DNA of 63,893 bases, counting the filler, from Acetivibrio sp. (lineage in GTDB: Bacteria > Bacillota > Clostridia > Acetivibrionales > Acetivibrionaceae), in the NCBI RefSeq assembly GCF_035371925.1. It is 6 parts of 6 records of this genome, joined end to end, with 100 filler letters (N's around TTAATTAATTAA, not from the genome) between each part and the next. Parts side by side here need not be neighbours in the genome. Positions count along the whole stretch, not along the records: positions 32,432 to 43,002 come from NZ_DAORXT010000097.1; positions 43,103 to 53,660 come from NZ_DAORXT010000098.1; 4 more parts are not named here. One strand, given 5' to 3'. Below are positions 41,499-51,582 of this stretch, in pieces (positions within the stretch are counted from its first letter, which is position 1; each line of letters opens with the position of its first letter). The position numbers were made by a program, and so were the translations under genes. The notes under the pieces are model-generated. The model searched no databases, was not told the origin of the DNA, and saw only the letters and a program-made list of their open reading frames with translations.

Positions 41499-42236
41499 AT
41501 GAATATCAGAAAAGCAATCATTATTTTTGTAATCATTTCAATTTTAGCGATGACATCCTGTTCAGGACCAAGCAATGAAGATACACCGCCTCTACTTTCC
41601 GATAATACGGTTTTAAGACCGGAGTTTGTGTTAAAAGATATTACTTTCAGTGCCGGTACTGCTTTTGCTGTAGAGCTTCAAGATGAAAATGTATCTTTGG
41701 TTCTGACTGCTTACCACTTGTTTGGAGAATCCGGAGGTTTAGATGAAAAAATTCCGGCTAAAGCTTTGCCGGATGTTGTTGAAAAAGCTATATTTACTGA
41801 TGCATATAACGATAATCTGTGTGGAGAATGTGAAAAAGTTTTAAAGATTGAAGATGCCGATACTTACCCTGAGGTGGATAAGGATATAGTTGCTTTTTAT
41901 TATGGTGAGAACCTTGGTGCCAACCGATTAAAATTGAGTTCAAAGCTTCCTAAAAAGGGCGAAACGGTATGGCTTGCAGCACCTACAATACTTGACGTGG
42001 AACCGAGATTACATAAAGCGAAAGTTAAATCTGCTTCAGACAAAATGATTTTTTTTGAGTATGAGGATAAAGACATTATATTAGATGCAACAAGTGGAGC
42101 ACCCATACTAAATTCATCGGGAGAAGTTGTGGGGCTAAATGTTGGCGGTGGAGAGCAATACGGTAAAAAAATTGGGGTGGCAAATCCTTGCACCAGTATA
42201 GAAAAAACGATAAAAAAGGCATTGGCAGGCACATAA
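41499..42236 (+). CDS. Lipoprotein with a trypsin-like serine protease domain
   Basis: Lipobox MTSC; candidate triad TAYH, DIVA, ATSGAPILNSSGEVVG. Confidence 0.7.
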   Translation: MNIRKAIIIFVIISILAMTSCSGPSNEDTPPLLSDNTVLRPEFVLKDITFSAGTAFAVELQDENVSLVLTAYHLFGESGGLDEKIPAKALPDVVEKAIFTDAYNDNLCGECEKVLKIEDADTYPEVDKDIVAFYYGENLGANRLKLSSKLPKKGETVWLAAPTILDVEPRLHKAKVKSASDKMIFFEYEDKDIILDATSGAPILNSSGEVVGLNVGGGEQYGKKIGVANPCTSIEKTIKKALAGT

Positions 42237-42269
42237 AAAACCCGGGGATTTAGCGTCCCTGGGTTTTTT
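42236..42269. terminator. Bidirectional terminator
   Basis: AAAAACCCGGGGA...TCCCTGGGTTTTTT. Confidence 0.75.
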
Positions 42270-42316
42270 ACAACCTTAATATGAATTTTTCTATTCAGTA
42301 ATTTTAAAAGTACTCA

Positions 42317-43002
42317 TCAATTTTTATAAGGTAGCTTATTAATTGAACGCAGTATATACCTTTTTAAGATAGCCAAGTCCGTAGAAGTTACGTTACTGTC
42401 TGCGTTTACATCTGCTGCTTTTGCATTTGGAAGAGTGCTTGTTTGTTTTAGTAAAAACCTTCTTAAATATGTGACATCTGTTGAATTTACTGATTTGTCA
42501 TTGTTTACGTCTCCATACAGAATATCATCTAAAGGAGTTGATGTCGGTGATGGTGAAGGTGAAGGTTGAACAACTGTTCCTTCAGGTTCTATTCCTGCAA
42601 CTTTTACACCGTATTCATAAACAGGTATGTATTCTGCCTTCTTTAAATCACTGGTTTTTGACAACCCTTTAAATGACGGGTCGTTTTCGTTGTCCCAGCA
42701 GCCGCTGTTGCCGGGTGCAACAATTCTCAAAGATGAATCCCTTCTATAATGGTCCTGTCCGCCAGGGAAGAGAGGGTCTCCGGTGTAATCGACTTCTATA
42801 TAGTATATATTTTTATCTTTGTTCCACAAATGCGGACCGGATACTTTGCCTTTTGAACCTTGGCCGCCCGATATTGTTATATCGTTAGGACTGTATCCTG
42901 CCTCAATTACTTCAGTAAGGTCCATGAAATATCTAAAGGAAAGACCTTCAGACACTCTTGCAGGCCATGCTGTCCTGTTGTTGAGTCTTGTTTTTATTTC
43001 CA
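42317..43002 (-). CDS. 3' fragment of a cellulosomal GH9-type cellulase (CBM3c plus dockerin)
   Basis: NRTAWPARVSEGLSFRYFMDLTE CBM3c motif, PSPSPT linker, dockerin GDVNND / DVNAD; cut by the contig end. Confidence 0.82.
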
Positions 43003-43102
43003 NNNNNNNNNNNNNNNNNNNNNNNNNNNNNNNNNNNNNNNNNNNNTTAATTAATTAANNNNNNNNNNNNNNNNNNNNNNNNNNNNNNNNNNNNNNNNNN
43101 NN
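43003..43102. other. Artificial contig-joining linker
   Basis: N44-TTAATTAATTAA-N44. Confidence 0.97.
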
Positions 43103-43254
43103 ATGGGTTTCAGACGTTTTACTTTTTAATTTTTAGCAACTAACTGTCAAACTCCCGTATTTTTTTATATTAAATATTATGACTTTTTAAATTCCTTTTT
43201 TTCTAAAACCATTATTCCCCTTTCCCGTTTCATCGTAAAATTTTTAAATTTATA

Positions 43255-43283
43255 TTGAAAAAACACTTCATTGAGTGTATAAT
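43255..43283 (+). promoter_or_regulatory. sigmaA promoter for tRNA-Glu
   Basis: TTGAAA, 17-bp spacer, TATAAT. Confidence 0.7.
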
Positions 43284-43299
43284 ATATTCATTGCAATAT

Positions 43300-43374
43300 G
43301 GCCCATTGGTCAAGCGGCTAAGACGCCACCCTCTCAAGGTGGAAACAGGGGTTCGATTCCCCTATGGGTCACCA
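43300..43374 (+). tRNA. tRNA-Glu (anticodon CTC)
   Basis: Acceptor stem GGCCCAT/ATGGGTC, anticodon arm CCACC-CTCTCAA-GGTGG, GTTCGATT T-loop, encoded CCA. Confidence 0.95.
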
Positions 43375-43474
43375 AAGTGATGAAATGACGGTTTTTTGTT
43401 TATAATAACAAAAACCGTCTTTAATTTTAACCATAAACAAGCAATAACTATAAAAATTTATAATGAGGTGAAAT

Positions 43475-45115
43475 ATGGATTATAAGAAGTTGGCGGATAT
43501 GCTTTTTCCGAACATAACAAAGCCGGTATCCTATTATGAGGATACTGTATTTCCGAAAAGAAACTTAAGCGCCGGAGCAAAAGTTACCCGGTTGGCGCCG
43601 AGTCCGACAGGCTTTATTCATCTTGGCAATCTGTACGGAGCCTTTGTGGATGAACGTTTAGCCCATCAGAGCAACGGTGTGTTTATTCTTCGCATAGAGG
43701 ACACCGATGACAAGAGAAAAGTTGAGGGTGCAGTGGAAACCATCATATCCTCTCTGGCATTCTTTGATCTCAAGTTTGATGAAGGAGCAGGCATCAACGG
43801 AGAAACAGGCAATTACGGTCCGTATTTTCAGAGCAACAGAGCTGAAATTTATCAAACTGTGGCCAAGCACTTGATTGAAATGGGCAGGGCTTATCCATGC
43901 TTCTGCTCCGAAGAAGAACTGGAGGAAATAAGAAAGCAGCAGTTAGCAGAAAACGTAAATACAGGATATTACGGCAAATGGGCTGTGCACAGGGATTTGA
44001 CCCTGGAAGAGGTTCAAAAGCATCTGGAAAACAACGAAAGTTTCGTAATTCGTTTTAAATCCATGGGTACTCCGGAAGATACTTTTGAAATTGACGATGC
44101 TATAAGAGGCCGCCTTTCCATGCAGGCTAACTTCCAGGACATAGTGCTTTTGAAGGCTAACGGCATACCGACTTACCATTTTGCCCATGTGGTTGATGAC
44201 CATTTGATGAGAGTTACCCATGTGGTAAGAGGAGAAGAATGGCTTTCAACCCTGCCGATTCATTATGAATTGTTTACAACATTGGGTTGGGATTTGCCGG
44301 TATACTGCCATACAGCTCATTTGATGAAAATAGACAATGGAGTAAAAAGAAAGCTTTCAAAAAGAAAGGATCCGGAATTGGGGTTGGAGTACTACATGCA
44401 ATTGGGATATCATCCCGCAGCGGTAAGGGAATATCTTATGACAATATTAAACTCCAATTTTGAAGAGTGGAGAATTCAAAATCCGGACAGCAATATAGAG
44501 GATTTCCCTTTTTCTCTTGATAAAATGAGTAATTCCGGTGCTTTGTTTGACTTGGACAAACTCAATGATATAAGTAAAAATGTTCTGGCTAAAATTCCGG
44601 CAGAAGAAATTTATGATTTTCTGCTTAAATGGGCTAAGGAGTATAAAAAAGAAATCGTAAACCTCTTGGTAGAATATAAAGATTCGGTAATAAAGCTGCT
44701 GTCGGTTGGAAGAAACCTTGACAAACCGCGAAAAGATTTAATTTATTGCGAACAGATATTTGAGTTTATCAGCTATTTCTTTGATGAATATTTTACAATA
44801 GCCGATCAGTATCCCAAAAACATAAACGAAGAGGAAGCCAAAAAAATACTTAAGGCATACCTTGAAACATACAATCACAATGATGACCAAACCCAGTGGT
44901 TTGAAAAAATCAAGGTAATTGCGACAGAGAACGGTTATGCGGCAAAACCGAAGGACTTCAAGAAGAATCCCGATATGTACAAAGGACATGTGGGTGATGT
45001 AAGTACCGTTATAAGAATTGCCATAGTAGGCCGCAGCAGTTCCCCGGACCTTTGGGAGATACAGCAGATTATGGGTGAAGAGAAAGTAAGGCAAAGAGTT
45101 CAAAAATTGATATAA
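43475..45115 (+). CDS. gltX: Glutamate-tRNA ligase
   Basis: APSPTGFIHLGN, LRIEDTD, VVRGEEW, KLSKR. Confidence 0.93.
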   Translation: MDYKKLADMLFPNITKPVSYYEDTVFPKRNLSAGAKVTRLAPSPTGFIHLGNLYGAFVDERLAHQSNGVFILRIEDTDDKRKVEGAVETIISSLAFFDLKFDEGAGINGETGNYGPYFQSNRAEIYQTVAKHLIEMGRAYPCFCSEEELEEIRKQQLAENVNTGYYGKWAVHRDLTLEEVQKHLENNESFVIRFKSMGTPEDTFEIDDAIRGRLSMQANFQDIVLLKANGIPTYHFAHVVDDHLMRVTHVVRGEEWLSTLPIHYELFTTLGWDLPVYCHTAHLMKIDNGVKRKLSKRKDPELGLEYYMQLGYHPAAVREYLMTILNSNFEEWRIQNPDSNIEDFPFSLDKMSNSGALFDLDKLNDISKNVLAKIPAEEIYDFLLKWAKEYKKEIVNLLVEYKDSVIKLLSVGRNLDKPRKDLIYCEQIFEFISYFFDEYFTIADQYPKNINEEEAKKILKAYLETYNHNDDQTQWFEKIKVIATENGYAAKPKDFKKNPDMYKGHVGDVSTVIRIAIVGRSSSPDLWEIQQIMGEEKVRQRVQKLI

Positions 45116-45126
45116 ACAGTATTGTG

Positions 45127-45163
45127 AAAAAAGCGATGGATATTTGGTCCATCGCTTTTTTTT
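45127..45163. terminator. Bidirectional terminator
   Basis: AAAAAAGCGATGGA...TCCATCGCTTTTTTTT. Confidence 0.85.
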
Positions 45164-45170
45164 GATAACA

Positions 45171-45860
45171 TTATGCGCAAAATGCCACCCCTCTTGTTTC
45201 CACTTTGCGGACTATTCCCTTTATTCTTGCTGCCGCATCCAGCAGAAATTGAGGATTGTGGGAGCCCTTTATCCCCTTTCCGCTTATATCCCGGTATTTT
45301 TGCAGCACATACAATCTTGCCCCGGCAATATCATTTGCTATTTCCAAAATATCATCCATATCAAGCCCGGGAGCGACAGTGGTACGAAACTCATAGTCTA
45401 TTTTGCTGCTTTTTATAATCTCAATGCTTTTCTTAATTCTTTCAATATCCACCTTAGCGCAGCAAACTTCATTGTACTTGCCAAAAGGAGCTTTTACATC
45501 CATTGCAATATAATCCACCAGTCTTTTTCGGATAAGGTTTTCAATTGCTTGGGGATTGGTTCCGTTGGTATCCAGCTTTACCGCATATCCCAAGGATTTG
45601 ACCTTTTCCATAAAGTCTTCCAAGTCTTCCTGGAGTGTAGGCTCCCCTCCGCTTACAACCACACCTTCTATAAATCCCTTTCTTTTTGTGAGCAACTTAA
45701 AAACCTCATCACTATCAATTAACTCCTCGCTGTTTCCGGAAATCAGCGTCCTGTTGTGGCAATAAAAGCAATTCATATTGCAACCCGGAGTAAAAACAAT
45801 AGCTGCCAGTTTTCCCGGGAAATCCACAAAGGAGTTGTTATGTATACCTGCAATTCTCAT
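45171..45860 (-). CDS. nrdG: Class III RNR activating enzyme (radical SAM)
   Basis: SFVDFPG, CNMNCFYC, SGGEPT, KLDTNG; directly downstream of nrdD. Confidence 0.9.
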   Translation of the reverse strand: MRIAGIHNNSFVDFPGKLAAIVFTPGCNMNCFYCHNRTLISGNSEELIDSDEVFKLLTKRKGFIEGVVVSGGEPTLQEDLEDFMEKVKSLGYAVKLDTNGTNPQAIENLIRKRLVDYIAMDVKAPFGKYNEVCCAKVDIERIKKSIEIIKSSKIDYEFRTTVAPGLDMDDILEIANDIAGARLYVLQKYRDISGKGIKGSHNPQFLLDAAARIKGIVRKVETRGVAFCA

Positions 45861-47947
45861 GACACCTTCTCCGCCAGTCTAAATTTTTTCCTGCTAAAAT
45901 ACTCTTCCTTTTTACCAATATTATAGTTTGCCACCGGTCTCAAATACCCCGTTACCCTTGACCACACCTCTGTATCGCTGCCGCACTCGGGACAGCAGAA
46001 ATGCTCACCCTTTATGTATCCATGGTCTTTGCAGATACTGAAAGTAGGAGTAATTGAGATATAGGGCATTTTATAATTCGTAAACACCTTTCTTATAAGG
46101 TTTTTGCATACATTTATATCCTCTATGCTTTCGCCCAGATAAAGGTGCTGAACCGTACCTCCGGTATAAAGGGACTGGAGTTCATCCTGAAGGTCCAAGG
46201 TTTCAAAAATATCATCCGTGTATTCTACAGGAAGCTGGGTTGAGTTGGTGTAATACGGGATATCATGTCCTGCCGTAATTATGTCAGGATATCTTTCCTT
46301 GTCAATTTTGGCAAGCCTGTAGGATGTTCCTTCTGCAGGAGTAGCTTCCAGATTGTAAAAATGTCCGGTTTCGTTTTGGAATTCCAATAAAACATCCCTC
46401 AAATAATGCATTATTTCAATAGCAAATTTCTGCCCTTCCTGAGTAGTTAGATCTTTTCCCATAAAGTTTATGAGTGCTTCATTCATTCCCACGATTCCAA
46501 TGGTATTGAAGTGATTGAACCAGTATTGCCCCGTCCTTTGCTTAACGTTTCTAAGGTAGTGGGCGGAATAAGGATAGAGTCCTTTTTCCGTCTGCTGCTC
46601 AATTATTTTTCTCTTGATTTCCAGAGAAGTTTTGCCTATATTGGCTATTTTCCAAAGCCTTGCTTTAAATTCGCTTTCGGATTTGGAAAGATAACCGATT
46701 CTCGGAAGGTTGATTGTAAAAACTCCGATAGACCCGGTGAGAGGGTTGCTTCCAAAAAGCCCTCCTCCTCTTTTTCTCAATTCAGTAGTGTCAATTCTCA
46801 GCCTGCAACACATAGAGACAGCATCCTCCGGTGACAGGTCAGAGTTTACATAGTTTGCAAAATAGGGTATGCCGTATTTGCAGGTTATTTCCATAAATTT
46901 ATCAACTACAAGACTATCCCAGTCAAAATCCCTTGTGATATTAATGGTTGGTATAGGGAAAGTAAACACTCTTCCCTTGGCATCGCCTTCTAACATTACA
47001 TCACAAAAGGCCATATTAAACATATCCATCTCTTTCTGGAACTCTTTATAGGTTGCATCCATATATTTTCCGCCGATGATAACCGGCTCATCTTTTAAAG
47101 TGTTTGGAACTTTTATATCAAATGTAAGGTTTGAGAAAGGACATTGAAATCCTACTCTTGTGGGTACGTTTATGTTGAAAACAAACTCCTGAAGGCACTG
47201 TTTTACCTGTTCATACGTCATATTGTCATAACGTATGAACGGTGCGCAATATGTATCAAAACTGGACCAAGCCTGAGCCCCGGCAGTTTCTCCCTGGGTT
47301 GTAAAAGTGGAATTTACAATTTGCCCCAAAAATGATCTTAAGTGCTTTGCAGGCTTGCTTTCCACCTTGCCGTTAACACCGCCGAATCCGTCTAAAAGGA
47401 GCTGGCGCAAATCCCATCCTGCACAATATGGGCCGAAAAAGCCAAGGTCGTGTATATGGCAGTCTCCGTTCTCATGGGCCTCCCTTACTTCGGCAGGATA
47501 AATTTCATGGAGCCAGTATTTTTTTGTAAAAGTCTCTCTCACATAATTGTTAAGGCCGTTTACACTTTTTTGAGTGTTGGCATTCTCCTGAATATGCCAA
47601 TCCTTGTCTCCAAGGTAGTCGGAAAACATATTAATAGTGGCCCCCACCAAGGCATTTAAATCCCTGGCACTTTTTCTCTTCTCACGGTACAATATATAAG
47701 CCTTTGCAGTTTTGGCATGACCGTTTTCAATCAATACCTTTTCTACGATGTCTTGGATATCCTCCACACCGGGTATCCTGTTTTCAAACTTTTTGTTAAG
47801 TATTTCATTTACCTGGCGGCAAAGCTCTTCAGCACGGCCAAAATCGCTTCCTCCGCACGCAGTGGCAGCTTTAAAAATCGCCCAAGTTATTTTTTCCGGC
47901 TGGTACTTCTCAACTCTTCCATCCCTTTTTGAAATTTTCGTAACCAT
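45857..47947 (-). CDS. nrdD: Anaerobic (class III) ribonucleoside-triphosphate reductase with ATP cone
   Basis: KRDGRVE ATP cone, TFPIPT, MCCRL, EATPAEG, CPECG...WSRVTGYLRPV glycyl-radical motif. Start placed at the ATG after GGGAG. Confidence 0.93.
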   Translation of the reverse strand: MVTKISKRDGRVEKYQPEKITWAIFKAATACGGSDFGRAEELCRQVNEILNKKFENRIPGVEDIQDIVEKVLIENGHAKTAKAYILYREKRKSARDLNALVGATINMFSDYLGDKDWHIQENANTQKSVNGLNNYVRETFTKKYWLHEIYPAEVREAHENGDCHIHDLGFFGPYCAGWDLRQLLLDGFGGVNGKVESKPAKHLRSFLGQIVNSTFTTQGETAGAQAWSSFDTYCAPFIRYDNMTYEQVKQCLQEFVFNINVPTRVGFQCPFSNLTFDIKVPNTLKDEPVIIGGKYMDATYKEFQKEMDMFNMAFCDVMLEGDAKGRVFTFPIPTINITRDFDWDSLVVDKFMEITCKYGIPYFANYVNSDLSPEDAVSMCCRLRIDTTELRKRGGGLFGSNPLTGSIGVFTINLPRIGYLSKSESEFKARLWKIANIGKTSLEIKRKIIEQQTEKGLYPYSAHYLRNVKQRTGQYWFNHFNTIGIVGMNEALINFMGKDLTTQEGQKFAIEIMHYLRDVLLEFQNETGHFYNLEATPAEGTSYRLAKIDKERYPDIITAGHDIPYYTNSTQLPVEYTDDIFETLDLQDELQSLYTGGTVQHLYLGESIEDINVCKNLIRKVFTNYKMPYISITPTFSICKDHGYIKGEHFCCPECGSDTEVWSRVTGYLRPVANYNIGKKEEYFSRKKFRLAEKVS

Positions 47948-48177
47948 TATGACATCTCCCATCTGATTTTTTTCACAGAAACAGAAATGCTCTGTATGCA
48001 GAACAAATTGATACTCCCTGAAAAAATGAAAAAACATAGTTTCTAGAAAAAATGTGATCTATTTATATGGACATGAGGACTGAAACAACCTCTAAATTGA
48101 AAAGCTTAAGGTTGTCTGAGAAAAACCCAAGGTATCCACACCTCCCTATCCTCCGTAGAGCAATGGTGTTTTGAACT

Positions 48178-48350
48178 TATAGGCAGGTTTTCTGACTTAG
48201 AATCATCGACGTTTCAAGCCTTCCCAAATTATCATTCAGTGGCATAAAATTGAAGCGTCTCCTCATTACAGCGGCGGGACCGTGCAGGATTCTCACCTGC
48301 TTCCCTTTTAACCTGAGCTAAACAATAGCCCCGGCACCTATACCGTTTTC
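48178..48350 (-). ncRNA. Cobalamin (AdoCbl) riboswitch in the nrdDG leader
   Basis: Minus strand AGGTGCC...AAAAGGGAAGCAGGTGAGAATCCTGCACGGTCCCGCCGCTGTAA...GCCACTG...GGGAAGGC...AAGTCAGAAAACCTGCCT. Confidence 0.92.
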
Positions 48351-48397
48351 AATATGTTGTTATGGTTAATTATACCATGCACTATATATAGTGTCAA
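48347..48397 (-). promoter_or_regulatory. nrdDG sigmaA promoter with two NrdR boxes
   Basis: Minus strand TTGACA, 17-bp spacer, TGG-TATAAT. Box 1 ACACTATATATAGTGC (48394-79) lies in the promoter; box 2 TAACAACATATTGAAA (48362-47) is 32 bp away. Confidence 0.85.
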
Positions 48398-48455
48398 TAT
48401 CATTTTTGAATTTCCGGACTATTATTTTTAATTATTTTATAAAGAACTGATATTC

Positions 48456-50870
48456 TTAAATCCCTGCAAGCCTGGATGCAAGCTTTACTGCAGCATAAGC
48501 ATCCTCCGAATATCCGTCCGCGCCGATTTCTTTTGCATAATCGGCATTTACTACCGCTCCGCCAATCATTATCTTGGTGTCAAGTCCTTCTTTTCTAACA
48601 AGGTTCACAACTTCCCTCATTTCAAGCATCGTTGTGGTCATAAGAGCTGAAAGACCGATTATCGGTGCCTTTGTCTCCTTCACCTTTTTTACTATTTCTT
48701 CGGCGCTTACGTCCTTTCCGAGGTCATATACTTCAAAACCGTAGTTTCTAAGCATCAATCCCACTATATTCTTCCCTATGTCGTGTATGTCTCCCTTTAC
48801 GGTGGCAAGTACTACTCCCACCTTGCTGCCTTTTTTGTCTTCCGATTCCTTCTTTAGAAGAGGCTCTAAAATTCCAAAGGCTTCTTTCATTGTCTCCGCA
48901 CTTTGAATAAGCTGGGGCAGAAAATATTCTTTTCTGTCGTAAAGGTCGCCTACATGGGTTATGGCAGGGATAAGATATTTATCCACTATTACCGAAGGCT
49001 CTGTCCCGTCATTTAATGCATTATCGATATACTTTCGAATATTCTCCCTGTCACCCTTTACCACGGCATCATACACTTTTTCAACAGAGCTTGCCGTATC
49101 TTTTTTCTCCGAAACCTCCGGCATGCCACTCTTTAAAGCAGCAAAATGCTCAATATATCTCTTGCTGTTCTTATCTTTGGCCTTCAATACATCCGAAGCC
49201 ATTTTTATGCTCATAAGCGTATCACTGGACGGGTTTAATATGGCCATGGTAAGTCCGTATCCGATTGCCATGGCAAGAAAAGCCGAGTTGATCCATGCTC
49301 TTTCGGGCATTCCGAAAGATACATTTGAAAGGCCCACTATTGTTCCGCAACCAAAACTGTCGGTACACCATTTTATAACTTTTAATGTCTCAAGAGCCGC
49401 CTCTTGATCGGCCGATACAGTCATAACAAGTCCGTCCACTATGACATCCTTTTTCATATATCCCAACTTTGACGCTTGATTAAAGACTTCTTCCACTATA
49501 CGGCACCTTTCCTCGGCACTTTTAGGCACTCCGGCATCACTCAAAGGCAGGATTATAAATGCCGCACCGTATTTTGCCGCAATCGGAAGAAGCTTCTCAA
49601 TTTTGGCCTTTTCTGCCGAGATAGAGTTTATAAGGGCACGGCCGGGATAAATCCTAAGAGCTGCCTCCAGAACCTCAGGTGAAGAAGAATCCAGGCAGAG
49701 AGGAGCGTCGGAGATGGAGGACAAAAGCTCCACCACCTTTATCATTGTCTCTTTTTCATCTATTCCGGGCATACCCACATTAACATCCAGTATGTTGGCT
49801 CCTTTTTCCACCTGCTCTATGGCAAATTGCCTTACCAAAGATGTCATGCCCTGCCTCAATTCCTCCTGCAGTTTCTTTTTTCCCGTTGGATTAATTCTCT
49901 CTCCCACCACTACCACAGGTTCGTTGGCATCAACAAAAACCGTCCTTCTTGCGGAGGCCAAGGCACAAATCTCTTTAGGCTGTGGAGGTATAGGACTTAA
50001 CCCCTCCATATTTTTTCGAATCTCTCCAATGTAAAGCGGAGATGTACCGCAGCAGCCACCTAAAAGATTTACCCCCGCTTCTATGAATTCCCCGATGTAG
50101 CTTCCAAACTCTTCTGCTCCCATGTCAAACCGGGTTTTACCGTCAATCAGTCTTGGAAGACCTGCGTTTGGCTTGGCAAGCAGAGGCACTTTTGCATAGG
50201 GTTTCATGGCCCTGATTATTTTTATCATATCTTGAGGTCCTGTGGAGCAATTACATCCAACGGCATCCGCACCAAAGCTTTGCAAAATGATTAGAGCCGA
50301 CACAGGATCGGTTCCTGTAAGGGTCCTTCCGCTTTCGTCAAAGGTCATGCTCACGCACACAGGAAGGTCACAGCTTTCCTTTACGGCAAGCAAAGCAGCC
50401 CTTGCTTCCTGTATGTCCATCATGGTTTCTATTACAAAAAAGTCCACACCGCCTTCCAAAAGGCCTTTTACTTGTTCCTTGTAAATATCCACTGCTTCTT
50501 CAAAGGGCATGTCTCCAAAAGGTTTTACGAATTTTCCGGTAGGCGCAAGGTCCCCGGCAACAAAGCCATTTTCACCAACAGCCTTTTTTGAAAGCTGTGC
50601 CAGTTTTCTGTTTATTTCAACCACCTTGTCACCCAATCCAAATTCGGAGAGTTTTATTCTGTTGCCTCCAAAGGTACAGGTATAGACAGCATTTGACCCT
50701 GCGTTTATGTAATCTTTTTGAATATCCAAAATCACATCCGGATTTTCAATTACCCACATCTCCGGGCATACCCCGCTGGGCATTCCTCTCTTTTGAAGCT
50801 CGGTACCTGTGGCACCGTCAAGAACCAGTATGTTTTTATTTAAATAATCCAAAAAATCTTTTTTATTCAT
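48456..50870 (-). CDS. metH: B12-dependent methionine synthase (Hcy, pterin and cobalamin-binding domains)
   Basis: DGATGT, GCNCS, GGCCG, GERINPTG, DIHDIGKN, SALMTTT. No C-terminal AdoMet domain. Confidence 0.9.
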   Translation of the reverse strand: MNKKDFLDYLNKNILVLDGATGTELQKRGMPSGVCPEMWVIENPDVILDIQKDYINAGSNAVYTCTFGGNRIKLSEFGLGDKVVEINRKLAQLSKKAVGENGFVAGDLAPTGKFVKPFGDMPFEEAVDIYKEQVKGLLEGGVDFFVIETMMDIQEARAALLAVKESCDLPVCVSMTFDESGRTLTGTDPVSALIILQSFGADAVGCNCSTGPQDMIKIIRAMKPYAKVPLLAKPNAGLPRLIDGKTRFDMGAEEFGSYIGEFIEAGVNLLGGCCGTSPLYIGEIRKNMEGLSPIPPQPKEICALASARRTVFVDANEPVVVVGERINPTGKKKLQEELRQGMTSLVRQFAIEQVEKGANILDVNVGMPGIDEKETMIKVVELLSSISDAPLCLDSSSPEVLEAALRIYPGRALINSISAEKAKIEKLLPIAAKYGAAFIILPLSDAGVPKSAEERCRIVEEVFNQASKLGYMKKDVIVDGLVMTVSADQEAALETLKVIKWCTDSFGCGTIVGLSNVSFGMPERAWINSAFLAMAIGYGLTMAILNPSSDTLMSIKMASDVLKAKDKNSKRYIEHFAALKSGMPEVSEKKDTASSVEKVYDAVVKGDRENIRKYIDNALNDGTEPSVIVDKYLIPAITHVGDLYDRKEYFLPQLIQSAETMKEAFGILEPLLKKESEDKKGSKVGVVLATVKGDIHDIGKNIVGLMLRNYGFEVYDLGKDVSAEEIVKKVKETKAPIIGLSALMTTTMLEMREVVNLVRKEGLDTKIMIGGAVVNADYAKEIGADGYSEDAYAAVKLASRLAGI

Positions 50871-51504
50871 TCCAACCAACCCCTTCCACACCTGCTATAG
50901 CAATGACCGATTTTTCGGGCACCAGCATAAATCTTTCCGTGATACTGATTCCAAGTCTTTCTAAATTCAACGTATCAAAAATCAATTTCTGATTCGACAA
51001 AGGAAGGTCTCCATAACCGGGACTGTATCTCATTTTGGTAAGCTTCTTTCCTTCTCTCCTTATCATTCTGTTAATGAAATCAACCATCCAGTCAAGAGCG
51101 GCATCTGCCGTTTCAGAAGCCACAGCATCTAGAATTACAGCAAAAGCACCATCTTTATTTATCTCATCCACTATCCTGTCCACAATTTCCTTTCCCACCG
51201 TAGCTGCCATCAAGACAACATCCATACTGCCAGAAAGAAGTTTTGACAGGCTTTTGCTCTTTAAAATCACACCATTTTCAAGTTCAACGAATTCTTCATC
51301 CCTTTTTGTTATCTTAAATGTTCCGAATACTCCCTTTGTGTTGCACAGCATCAAGCCCTTGTTTATATTTTCCGCAAGTTTTTTTTTATAATTGTCATCC
51401 AATATCGTTGTGGTTTTCCTATAGCCCAGTCTTGTAAGAATCATTCCGTTATCAGGCACTGCCGGAATGTGCTCAAAGAATTTAAGACCTGTGTGTTTCT
51501 CCAT
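50863..51504 (-). CDS. Stand-alone methionine-synthase reactivation (AdoMet-binding) domain
   Basis: AATVG, DAVASE, RYSPGYGDLPL, PEKSVIA; immediately upstream of metH. Confidence 0.85.
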   Translation of the reverse strand: MEKHTGLKFFEHIPAVPDNGMILTRLGYRKTTTILDDNYKKKLAENINKGLMLCNTKGVFGTFKITKRDEEFVELENGVILKSKSLSKLLSGSMDVVLMAATVGKEIVDRIVDEINKDGAFAVILDAVASETADAALDWMVDFINRMIRREGKKLTKMRYSPGYGDLPLSNQKLIFDTLNLERLGISITERFMLVPEKSVIAIAGVEGVGWNE

Positions 51505-51582
51505 AAATACTCACCGTATAATTGCAATAGTATAATAATTATATATTATGAGAAAAAAAAATCAACCATAAATGAGCCGATT

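Noticed and set aside
47948..48037. N-terminal extension of nrdD in the ORF track
   Set aside because: The ATP cone starts at MVTKISKRDG with an RBS just upstream; the extension lies in the riboswitch leader.
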